NCBI GenBank assembly: GCA_023957775.1
Contig: JAMLGR010000004.1
Coordinates: forward strand, 188,930-252,929
Length of the DNA: 64,000 nucleotides
Source of the DNA: Fimbriimonadaceae bacterium
GTDB taxonomy: Bacteria; Armatimonadota; Fimbriimonadia; Fimbriimonadales; Fimbriimonadaceae
Direction: 5' to 3'
Below, in pieces: positions 57,301-64,000 of this stretch. A program made the position numbers and the translations under genes. Within the stretch, counting starts at the first letter, position 1. Each line of letters begins with the position of its first letter. The notes under the pieces were generated by a model, which saw only the letters and a program-made list of their open reading frames with translations, searched no databases and was not told where the DNA came from.

Positions 57301-57649
57301 TGCTCGACCAGCCCGCGCAGTTGTGGATGCACAGCTCGAGCCCGACGCGGTCGGCCTCCTTGACCGCGTGGGTCATCATCGCGCGCCACTCGGGGCTCAT
57401 GTAACCCACGGGTCCGGCGGGGATGCCCACGGCTACGGTGAACATCTGGGCGCCTCCCATCCCCGCCTTGGCCATCGCCTCGAGATCGGCGGTGATACCC
57501 TCCTTCGTGACGTTGCCGTCCATCCAGTGCCACCACGTGTGCGGCTTTGCGGAGGCCGGCGGGTTCACGAAACCCCGGGCCAGAGGGTCCTGCGAGAGCA
57601 CGGGCGTAGGGGCGAGCGACGAGGCGAGCGCGATGAGCGTTAGAAGCAT
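54362..57649 (-). CDS. very large secreted glycoside hydrolase (~1095 aa), family uncertain (possibly GH106-type alpha-L-rhamnosidase-like) with C-terminal galactose-binding-like domain
   Basis: Signal peptide MLLTLIALASSLAPTP. Conserved N-terminal block FVNPPASAKPHTWWHWMDGNVTKEGITADLEAMAKAGMGG seen in a family of ~1100-aa bacterial GHs. Start at the internal Met of ORF 54362..57679. Confidence 0.55.
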   Translation of the reverse strand: MLLTLIALASSLAPTPVLSQDPLARGFVNPPASAKPHTWWHWMDGNVTKEGITADLEAMAKAGMGGAQMFTVAVGIPAGPVGYMSPEWRAMMTHAVKEADRVGLELCIHNCAGWSSSGGPWITPENAMQVLAWSEETVSGPAHFSKTLAIPKAPQVVRAVDYHKDIAVFAFRTPAGGKGAQPPQFLGRTGVVRTDGLRPLDQPATSAPVPLEGLIDLTSKMDATGHLQWDVPAGNWTILRMGHTPTGKDNHPAPPEGDGLEVDKLSREALDMHWAGMMAKVLADVGPLAGKVLNNALIDSYEVGSQNWTPKFREEFRARRGYDPLPYLPTIAGWTIGSPATTERFLWDFRRTIADLYADNYFGYFGELCHKAGLQFSTEPYGNGGFDTMQAGGRADIPMGEFWVSGGAMETTKLAASIGHTYGHQVVGAESFTADEQRGRYLVEPYSIKALGDFVFTQGINRYIFHRYAHQPWMNLQPGMTMGPWGTHLERTITWWDEASAWLRYVARCQFLLQQGRFVADAAYFVGEGAPNDLPSRSQLQPAIPAGYDYDGIDATLLLGQAGVRNGRIILPSGMEYRVLVLPDSPLMTPRLARKIRSLVLAGATVVGPKPTRSPSLADVPRGDAEVRAIAEEVWGGLDGETVKEHRFGQGRVVWGKPLEEVFAGLAVSPDYEARGGRTAFIHRRVEGAEVYFVSNQRYLPADVECTFRVAGRVPELWDAATGTMRDAPAYRVEGGRTTVPLHFDPAGSTFVVFRRPATRAHLVSAEFVDPDRKVVAPPKIVITRARYETADGLGADVTETVRRLVAEGQVEIPATNGMFGDPAVNVVKRLRIDYTLDGKAMSQTVAENETLTLLRIAAPPAFPSSTLRTNARGEVELIPWAKGTLSTKSSTGATRSVAVSDSPLRLAIGGAWHLAFPPKLGAPPQVELSRLISWTDHPVSGVRYFSGTATYTKQVTVPSAFLAPGRVVWLDLGRVKNFAEVVLNGKSLGVLWKEPFRLDVTQALKPGANALEVRVTNLWPNRLIGDEQLPPDVEWAGNRLKGWPDWLVKGEPRPKTGRIAFTTWHFYNKDSPLLESGLLGPVTLRSARIVRLPK

Positions 57650-57701
57650 TCCAACTCCTCCCGCTCCATCATGCGTCAAGGCGCATGGCGCGCGCCACGG
57701 G

Positions 57702-58235
57702 TCAGTCTCCGGAAGGTTCCGGGACGACCAGCGACGTCCAATGGATCAACTCGCCGCGCCCGACCTCGGAGCGGTCGCCAAACTCGTGCTCCAGTTCCGT
57801 CAGTCTGGCAAGAAACGCGTCGCGGTCATCGGGCTGCAGCCAGAGTTGGGCGCGCGCGATCCGAAGCGACTTGGGCGATGGGACGGAAGCCTGGGCGGCA
57901 AGGAACTCCCGCTCCGCGGCCCGCAGCGTGGCCTTGACGAGCCGCGCGCGCAACTCGAGGTCTGCGCCGCGGGCGATTTCGAAGCGGTCTGCCGTCACGG
58001 CATAGACCGTTTCGGCCCGGCGTTTCCCCCTCTGCTTACCCACCATCCGGACGAGCCCTGTGGCGACCAGTTTGCGGAGGGGGTAGTAGAGCGACTTCGG
58101 ATCGGCAGCGACTCGGCGCGCCAACTCGGCGACGGATCCAGGCCCGAAGGCCCTGAGTGCGAGGACCAGTTCGGAACGGAGGGGGTCGGCAAGCGCCTCC
58201 ATTTGAGGTTCGGTGAGCACAATTCTCTGTTTCAT
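57702..58235 (-). CDS. ArsR/winged-helix family transcriptional regulator
   Basis: LADPLRSELVLALRAFGPGSVAELARRVAADPKSLYYPLRKLVATGLV is a wHTH pattern. Divergent from the serine-hydrolase gene across a 38-bp spacer. Confidence 0.65.
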   Translation of the reverse strand: MKQRIVLTEPQMEALADPLRSELVLALRAFGPGSVAELARRVAADPKSLYYPLRKLVATGLVRMVGKQRGKRRAETVYAVTADRFEIARGADLELRARLVKATLRAAEREFLAAQASVPSPKSLRIARAQLWLQPDDRDAFLARLTELEHEFGDRSEVGRGELIHWTSLVVPEPSGD

Positions 58236-58246
58236 GGAACCGATGA

Positions 58247-58270
58247 GTGTAATTCACTGTAATATTACAC
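58247..58270. promoter_or_regulatory. AT-rich palindromic putative operator GTGTAAT-N10-ATTACAC in 38-bp divergent intergenic region
   Basis: Perfect 7-bp inverted repeat (58247-58253 / 58264-58270) with internal TGTAAT direct repeat. It is the most AT-rich stretch of the window. Lies 4 bp upstream of the serine-hydrolase ATG and 12 bp from the ArsR start. Confidence 0.5.
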
Positions 58271-58273
58271 TAT

Positions 58274-59320
58274 ATGTTGTCCATGCTAGCCTCTCTCATG
58301 CTGATGCAGGGCTCAGCTGCCCCCGACTTGCCCAAAACCGTCGACGCACGTCTCCAAGAGGCGGCCTCCGACGGATTCAGCGGATCGGTTCTGGTCGTGC
58401 ACGGCGGCAAATCGGTCCTGTCCAAGGGGTATGGCTTTGCCGATCCCAAGGCGGGGCGCAAGGTGACCCCTTCGACGATCTTCTCCATCGGCTCGGTAAC
58501 GAAGTGGTTCACCGCCCTCGTCACGCTCCGGCTGGAACAGGACGGCAAGTTGAAGCTGAGCGATCCCATCGCGCGGCTCATCGACCACGTGCCCGCCGAC
58601 AAGCGGAGGATCACGATCGAGCAACTGCTCGCGCACACGGCCGGACTGGGCGATTACATCGACCGGCCCGGCGAAGGGGGCGACTTCGCCAAGATCGACC
58701 GAGCGACGGCGCTCAAACGCATCCTTGCCGAGAAGCTGAAGTTCGAGCCTGGGACCAAGACCGAGTATTCAAACGTCGGTTACACCTTGCTGGCGATGAT
58801 TCTTGAAAAGGCTTCGGGGCAGAGCTACGAGGAGTGTGTGCGCAACCTCATCTTCAAACCCGCGGGCATGGCGCGTTCGGGGTTCTTCGGCGATCGACTG
58901 TGGCCCGAGGACCAGTTCGCCATCGGACAACGCGCCAAAACGCATGGAACGAGGAACATGGCCTATCACTGGGGGCCCGTGACCTGGTCTCTCAAAGGGG
59001 CGGGAGGCATTGTCTCGACGTCCGAAGACCTCGGAAAGGCCGTGTTGGCGCTGACCCAGGGCAAGATCCTGAGCATGGCCAACGAGCCACGGATGTTCCG
59101 TGCGGTCTTCGAGCACGAGGGTTACGGATGGATGGTCGGTCGCACAGCGGCGGGCACCCCGTTTTGCAACGTCGGCGGCGGGGACGACTTTGGTTTCCAG
59201 GCCGCGATCCTCTACATGCCGCACGAGGGCGACCTTGTGATCACCTGCTCGAACAGCAATACACCGGAGAAGATGCGGGTCGCCATCATGGACGTCCTTC
59301 GAACCCTCGAGGGAGGGTAA
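58274..59320 (+). CDS. serine hydrolase of the beta-lactamase/penicillin-binding (class C-like) family
   Basis: SIGSVTK (S-x-x-K) and YSN motifs. Signal-like N-terminus. Confidence 0.8.
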   Translation: MLSMLASLMLMQGSAAPDLPKTVDARLQEAASDGFSGSVLVVHGGKSVLSKGYGFADPKAGRKVTPSTIFSIGSVTKWFTALVTLRLEQDGKLKLSDPIARLIDHVPADKRRITIEQLLAHTAGLGDYIDRPGEGGDFAKIDRATALKRILAEKLKFEPGTKTEYSNVGYTLLAMILEKASGQSYEECVRNLIFKPAGMARSGFFGDRLWPEDQFAIGQRAKTHGTRNMAYHWGPVTWSLKGAGGIVSTSEDLGKAVLALTQGKILSMANEPRMFRAVFEHEGYGWMVGRTAAGTPFCNVGGGDDFGFQAAILYMPHEGDLVITCSNSNTPEKMRVAIMDVLRTLEGG

Positions 59321-59352
59321 CCCTACAGGGCTCGGGCGGCGTATGGAAGAGC

Positions 59353-60153
59353 ATGCTGGCGATCTTGGCGGCGGTGGGGGTGGCGCTTTCCGTCGGAACG
59401 ATGCAGCCCGAGCGGTGCAGCGTGAATCTTCATGCCGAGGTGGCCACTGTAACCGCGGGGCAGCCGTTTTGGGTCGCGCTCCAGTTTGAAATCGAGCCGG
59501 GTTGGCACATTTACTGGACCAACCCGGGCGATTCGGGTCTGCCCACGGAGATTCGTTGGAAGCTCCCGCCCGGGTTCCGCGTTTCCGAGGTTCGGTGGCC
59601 GACGCCGCACCGTTTCGAAGCGGGGGGGCTGGTCAGTTACGGCTTCGAAGGGGCACCCATCGTGCTCGCGCGGATCGTGCCGCCCGAGCGGTTGGATCAA
59701 GCGTCCCCGACGGCCATCGGGGTCGAGACGGACTGGATGGTGTGCAACGAGAACTGCGAGCTGGGCTCCTCCAACGCCGGGCTCGAGTGGGGGCGCGCTC
59801 CCGCAACCGCCAAGCTCTTCGAAACCGCCCGTGCGGCCCTTCCGCGACCGGGGACGGCGTTGAATGCCCGAGCCGTCCGGACGGAGAAGGGCTGTCGGCT
59901 GCAGTTCCACCTGCAGGGGAAGCCGGAGGTGGCCGGGGCGACGTTCTTCGCAGCGGCCAGCGGGCTTGTCTCACCTGGTGCCGCCCAGCAGGTCAAGCGA
60001 GAGGCGGGGACCTACGAACTGAGTCTCGAGACCCTCCCCGGCGCCAAGCAGCCGGGATCTTTGGACGGTGTTCTCACCGTATCTTTTGCAAACAAGACAA
60101 CGGAGTCTTATTGGATCAAGGCTCCCTTCAGCCTCGAAGGAGGCAAGGAGTGA
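59353..60153 (+). CDS. periplasmic DsbD-alpha/DsbC-like thiol-disulfide domain protein
   Basis: Start at MLAILAAVGVALSV inside ORF 58834... Conserved WHIYWTNPGDSGLPT block and Cys pair CNENC. Confidence 0.5.
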   Translation: MLAILAAVGVALSVGTMQPERCSVNLHAEVATVTAGQPFWVALQFEIEPGWHIYWTNPGDSGLPTEIRWKLPPGFRVSEVRWPTPHRFEAGGLVSYGFEGAPIVLARIVPPERLDQASPTAIGVETDWMVCNENCELGSSNAGLEWGRAPATAKLFETARAALPRPGTALNARAVRTEKGCRLQFHLQGKPEVAGATFFAAASGLVSPGAAQQVKREAGTYELSLETLPGAKQPGSLDGVLTVSFANKTTESYWIKAPFSLEGGKE

Positions 60154-60154
60154 G

Positions 60155-60760
60155 ATGATGATGAAGCAGGTAATCGCGTTGGGCGCTCTAGGCGCCGTGG
60201 TGTGCGCGGGTGCGTTCACGTTCGGCAACAGGGCCCCGGAAGCGCCCGATTTCAAATTGGCCGCCGCAAGCGGCAAGACCCTGTCCCTTACGGACTTCAA
60301 GGGCAAGTACGTGATTCTCGAATGGTGGAACAACGGGTGCCCTGTGGTCGGAAAGCACTACCGCAGCGAGAACATCCCGAAGCTCCAGAAGGAGTTCATC
60401 GAGAAGGGCGCGGTGTGGCTCACCATTGTGTCGTCGGCCCCAGGAAAGCAGGGTTACGTGACCACGGAGAACGCCATGACCACGATGAAGGGCATGGGCG
60501 GGCAACCCACCGACATCCTGTTCGATACGACCGGCGAAACGGGCAAGGCGTACCGCGCCACCGCGACGCCTCAGATCGTGCTGATCGGTCCGAAGGGCGA
60601 GATGCTCTACAACGGAGCGATCGACAACAACCCGCGGGCCAGCGGAGCGGCGATCCTGCAGTCCGAGAACTACCTGCGCCGCGCGTGGGACGAGGTGCAC
60701 GCCGGCAAGCCGGTCTCGACCCCTTCCACGCAGGCGTACGGCTGCGCGGTCAAGTACTAG
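60155..60760 (+). CDS. thioredoxin-fold (redoxin/AhpC-TSA-like) periplasmic protein
   Basis: Start MMMKQVIALGALGAVVCAGA, 1 bp after the upstream stop. YVILEWWNNGCPVV redoxin-like active-site region containing a single Cys. Confidence 0.5.
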   Translation: MMMKQVIALGALGAVVCAGAFTFGNRAPEAPDFKLAAASGKTLSLTDFKGKYVILEWWNNGCPVVGKHYRSENIPKLQKEFIEKGAVWLTIVSSAPGKQGYVTTENAMTTMKGMGGQPTDILFDTTGETGKAYRATATPQIVLIGPKGEMLYNGAIDNNPRASGAAILQSENYLRRAWDEVHAGKPVSTPSTQAYGCAVKY

Positions 60761-60781
60761 GCGCCCCCCTGGGGGGGCGCC
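60760..60781. terminator. perfect GC palindrome GGCGCCCCCC-T-GGGGGGCGCC overlapping the stop codon
   Basis: 10-bp perfect inverted repeat with a 1-nt loop, starting at the last base of the TAG stop of the redoxin-like gene. Confidence 0.45.
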
Positions 60782-60790
60782 GCTGGTCGT

Positions 60791-60864
60791 GGGTCGTTGG
60801 TCGTCTGTCGTGTTCTCCCTCTCCCTCTGGACGACAAAGGATCGACGACAAACGACCAACGAAC
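60791..60864. repeat. long hairpin of the CGACAAACGAC-type family upstream of ABC permease gene
   Basis: Left arm GGTCGTTGGTCGTCTGTCGTG. Pyrimidine loop ttctccctctccctctgg. Right arm ACGACAAAGGATCGACGACAAACGACCAACGAAC. Similar arm sequence to the element at 25795-25882. Confidence 0.55.
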
Positions 60865-60883
60865 TCGCTATCATGAACCCGGG

Positions 60884-61777
60884 ATGGCGCGCACGACGAA
60901 CCACCGGGCCAAGCGGGACCTGATCGGCTACCTGTTCATCAGCCCGTGGCTGGTCGGGTTCCTGGTGTTCACCGCGTGGCCGTTCGTGCAGAGCATCTAC
61001 CTGTCGTTCACCCGCTACAACATCGTGACGGCCCCGAAGTGGGTGGGCGGAGCGAACTACCAGATGCTGCTCACCCAGGACGAGCTCTTCTGGAAGTCGG
61101 CCTGGGTGACCCTGCGCTACGCGGCGATCTCGGTGCCCATCGCGATCGTGATCGGGGTGGTGCTGGCGTTGCTGCTCAACGCCGACGTGAAGGGCATTGC
61201 GGTGTTCCGCACGGTGTTCTTTCTGCCCTCGATCGTGCCGGTGGTGGCGACGTCGGTGCTGTTCATCTGGCTTCTGAATCCCAACATCGGACTCATCAAC
61301 CGCATGCTCGCCCTGATCGGGGTCGACGGGCCCGCTTGGCTCAACACCGCTCCCTGGGCCTTCTACAGCCTGGTGATGATGGCGCTTTGGGGGGTGGGCG
61401 GCAGCATGGTGATCTACCTTGCGGGGCTCAAGGACATTCCGACCTACCTCTACGAGGCCGCGACGATCGACGGCGCGAGCGCGGTCCACAAACTGCGACA
61501 CGTGACGCTTCCGATGCTCACCCCCGTGATCTTCTTCAACCTGGTGATGGGCATCATCGGCGCGTTCCAGACGTTCACGCAGGCGTTCGTGATGACCCCC
61601 GGGGGAGGGCCGCAGGACAGCACCTATTTCTACAGCCTCTACCTCTACAACCGCGCCTGGAAGTACCTCGACATGGGCTACGCGAGCGCGATGGCGTGGA
61701 TGTTGTTCCTGGTGATCGTGGTGCTCACCGCTCTGGTATTCCGCACGCAGCGGAAGTGGGTGCATTACGGTGGCTAG
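60884..61777 (+). CDS. carbohydrate ABC transporter permease (MalF/CUT1-type)
   Basis: Start MARTTNHRAKRDLIGYLFISPW. EAA-loop region IDGASAVHKLRHVTLPML. Six TM segments. Confidence 0.8.
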   Translation: MARTTNHRAKRDLIGYLFISPWLVGFLVFTAWPFVQSIYLSFTRYNIVTAPKWVGGANYQMLLTQDELFWKSAWVTLRYAAISVPIAIVIGVVLALLLNADVKGIAVFRTVFFLPSIVPVVATSVLFIWLLNPNIGLINRMLALIGVDGPAWLNTAPWAFYSLVMMALWGVGGSMVIYLAGLKDIPTYLYEAATIDGASAVHKLRHVTLPMLTPVIFFNLVMGIIGAFQTFTQAFVMTPGGGPQDSTYFYSLYLYNRAWKYLDMGYASAMAWMLFLVIVVLTALVFRTQRKWVHYGG

Positions 61778-61900
61778 GGATATGGGAGTGCGCGACCTTG
61801 GTCGCGCCGTGTTCCCGAGCAGCTTGCTGCAAGTTGGCGCCGGACAAGTCCGGCGGGTGACAGCGCGGGCGAGCTCGCGTACTCCCAAAGGGGGGGCACT

Positions 61901-63235
61901 GTGAAGCGCATCCTCGTTTGGGCGAGCCTCCTGGCCCTGGTGGTTTTCATCGTGGCCACCGGTTCCAGCACGCCGCGCAAGTATCCAGACCGCAAACTCG
62001 TTCGCTTCTGGCATCGCTGGCAGGGGGACTGGGAGAAGCAGGTCCAGAAGATCGTGGACGCGTTCAACGAGAGCCAGGACCAGTACGAGGTTGTGCCGGT
62101 CAGCGTGCCCGGCGGTGGTTCGTCGGAGGCGAAGTTCATTCTTGGCGTGATCGGCGGCGACCCGCCCGATCTCATGTCGATGGGCAGCGGCGGACTGCCC
62201 AACCTCGCGTCCAACGGATTCCTCACCGACCTCGGGACCCTCATGTCGCCCGAGGACAAGAAGCGGTTCTTCGAAGAGAGCTACCCCTCGATCAGGGAGA
62301 CCGGCATGTACGAGGGCAAGTGCTACGGCGTCACCATCGGCGCGGACCTCATGGCGCTCTACGTCAACGTCCAGCAGATTCGCGACGCGGGCTACGACCC
62401 CGACAACCTGCCCAAGACCCTTGAGGGCCTGGAGGAGCTCGGCCTCAAGCTGAACCGGTACGACAAGCAGGGGAACCTCACCCGCCTGGGCCTGCTGATC
62501 AACGATGTGTCGTATCTCGCCCACCTCTATGGCGGGGGGTTCGACGTGCTTCCAGACGGCACCCCAAAGCTGGACACGCCGCAGAATCTGCGCGCCTTGC
62601 AGAACATCGTCGATTTCCGCAAGAAGGTCGGGTTCGACAACGTGCTGCGCTTCCAGGCGGGGCTGAACGACATCGAGGGCGCCGCGTCGTGGGCGTTCAT
62701 GCACGGCGATCTCACCATCACCTACGACGGACAGTGGCGCGTCGAAGAGCTGCGCAAGTTCAAGCCCGACATGGAGTATCGGGTGATCCCCATCCCGCCC
62801 CCGGCCCAGGGGGGCACGCCGCTGGGAGGGCTCGTGGGGGGCAACTACATGATCGTGCCGATCTCGGCCAAGCAGAAGGAGGGTGCGTGGGAGTTCCTCA
62901 AGTTCTGGACGGGCCTTGAGAACCCGGACCGGGCCGCGACGTTCTACAACCTCGGCGGATGGTTGCCCTACTCGCCGGCGGTCGCCAACTCCCCCACGTT
63001 TCAGAGGTGGCTCAAGGCCAACCCACAGTTCCAAGCGTTCCTCGACATCTTGGCCAGTCCCAACTGCAAGGCGGCACCCTCGATCCCGAACCTCAGCTTC
63101 CTCAACGACCTGATCGTTCGCGCCGAGGATCAGGCGGTGCGCGGAGCCGTCACGCCGAAACAGGCGCTGGAAACGTTGCAGAAGCGGTTCATCGAGGAGA
63201 GAGACAAACGGAGGTCGTTGGGCTATGACCAATAA
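61901..63235 (+). CDS. extracellular solute-binding protein, family 1 (oligosaccharide ABC transporter SBP)
   Basis: GTG start. Signal peptide/anchor MKRILVWASLLALVVFIVATG. SBP_bac_1-like length and composition. Confidence 0.75.
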   Translation: MKRILVWASLLALVVFIVATGSSTPRKYPDRKLVRFWHRWQGDWEKQVQKIVDAFNESQDQYEVVPVSVPGGGSSEAKFILGVIGGDPPDLMSMGSGGLPNLASNGFLTDLGTLMSPEDKKRFFEESYPSIRETGMYEGKCYGVTIGADLMALYVNVQQIRDAGYDPDNLPKTLEGLEELGLKLNRYDKQGNLTRLGLLINDVSYLAHLYGGGFDVLPDGTPKLDTPQNLRALQNIVDFRKKVGFDNVLRFQAGLNDIEGAASWAFMHGDLTITYDGQWRVEELRKFKPDMEYRVIPIPPPAQGGTPLGGLVGGNYMIVPISAKQKEGAWEFLKFWTGLENPDRAATFYNLGGWLPYSPAVANSPTFQRWLKANPQFQAFLDILASPNCKAAPSIPNLSFLNDLIVRAEDQAVRGAVTPKQALETLQKRFIEERDKRRSLGYDQ

Positions 63236-64000
63236 CCGTCTCTCCGCCGCCTCGAAGATCGGGATCTATACCGCCCTGGTGCTGCTCAGCATCCCCGCCC
63301 TGATGCCGATGCTGTGGATGGTCTCCACCTCGCTCAAGGGCAACGAACAGATCTTTGCGGGCGGCGATTTCAATTTCAAAGCGCTGATCCCTTCGCCGCT
63401 GGTGACCACGAATTACCCGGACGCGTTGCAGAACATGCCGTTCTTCCTGTACCTGCGCAACACGCTGTTGTTGTGCGGGCTGACCGTGGTGGGGGCCGTG
63501 GCGAGCAGCGCGCTCGTGGCCTACGGGTTCGCCAAGATCGAGTTTCGGGGCAAGAAGGTGTGGTTCGCGGTGATGATCGCGACGATGGCGTTGCCCGGCC
63601 AGGTCACGATGATCCCCGTGTTCAGCCTTTTCCGTTCGTTGGGATGGTACGGCACCTACCTGCCGCTCGTGGTGCCCTCGTTCGCCGCGTCCGCGTACTA
63701 CGTGTTCCTGCTCACGCAGTTCTTCAAGACGCTCCCCATGGAGATGTCCGAAGCGGCCCAGGTGGACGGGGCCGGCGACTGGACCATCTTCCGCTCGCTC
63801 GTGCTGCCCCTGTCGAAACCTGCGCTCGCCACGTGTGCGCTGTTCCAGTTCATCGGCACGTGGAACGACTTCCTCGGCCCCTTGCTGTACATCAACGACC
63901 CGGCCAAGTACACGCTGGCTTACGGTCTGCAGCAGTTCGTGTCGCACTACGGCGGGTTCTTCGCGCAGCTCATGGCCGCGGCCACGATCTTCACCCTCCC
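63225..64000 (+). CDS. carbohydrate ABC transporter permease (MalG/CUT1-type), 3' end beyond window
   Basis: Not in ORF track because no stop lies in the window. Frame reads MTNNRLSAASKIGIYTALVLLSIPALMPMLWMVSTSLKG... with EAA-like region. The ATG at 63225 overlaps the SBP gene by 11 bp. Confidence 0.75.
   Translation, partial: MTNNRLSAASKIGIYTALVLLSIPALMPMLWMVSTSLKGNEQIFAGGDFNFKALIPSPLVTTNYPDALQNMPFFLYLRNTLLLCGLTVVGAVASSALVAYGFAKIEFRGKKVWFAVMIATMALPGQVTMIPVFSLFRSLGWYGTYLPLVVPSFAASAYYVFLLTQFFKTLPMEMSEAAQVDGAGDWTIFRSLVLPLSKPALATCALFQFIGTWNDFLGPLLYINDPAKYTLAYGLQQFVSHYGGFFAQLMAAATIFTL

Noticed and set aside
1-64000. Mobile elements, prophage, toxin-antitoxin, restriction-modification or other defence systems
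   Set aside because: No integrase, transposase, phage structural, nuclease/helicase or methylase-nuclease signatures were recognised in any frame. The only methyltransferases are a small-molecule SAM-MT and the corrinoid system.

Overview
64 kb high-GC (~65-68%) bacterial chromosomal segment. No rRNA, tRNA, CRISPR array, integrase or transposase was recognised. It is densely coding, with about 47 protein genes, many of them translationally coupled (ATGA, GTGA and TTGA start/stop overlaps).

Content falls into three blocks:
- A glycan-degradation island. GH20 hexosaminidase, sialate O-acetylesterase (SASA), GH2 beta-mannosidase, GH95 alpha-L-fucosidase, NPCBM-GH27, a GH36-like gene, a very large GH of uncertain family (possibly GH106-like), a Cys-type sulfatase, a 1586-aa secreted multi-domain hydrolase/esterase, and two ABC sugar transporters (one monosaccharide-type, one oligosaccharide-type).
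- An operon korC-like/korA/korB encoding a three-subunit 2-oxoglutarate oxidoreductase with a GltD/NfnB-type flavoprotein subunit.
- The most unusual feature: a corrinoid-dependent methyltransferase system at 30.7-38.0 kb. One strand carries a RACo-type reductive activase (2Fe-2S plus ASKHA domain) and a DUF1638 gene. The divergent operon carries a B12-binding corrinoid protein, three tandem URO-D/MtaA-family methyltransferase paralogs, and a stand-alone zinc homocysteine S-methyltransferase domain protein (GGCCG motif). This looks like an O-demethylase-like modular system whose terminal methyl acceptor is homocysteine rather than tetrahydrofolate.

Smaller observations:
- a membrane-anchored heptaheme c-type cytochrome;
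- a fused eukaryote-style formimidoyltransferase-cyclodeaminase gene;
- several structured intergenic repeats: a 75-bp tandem hairpin repeat, CGACAAACGAC-type long hairpins upstream of two genes, and a 7-mer microsatellite supplying a stop codon;
- an AT-rich palindromic operator in a 38-bp divergent ArsR/serine-hydrolase intergenic region.

Many long opposite-strand ORFs in the six-frame track are Arg/Pro/Gly-rich shadows of real genes and were rejected. All functional calls are from motif and sequence-family recognition by eye. No database search was run.
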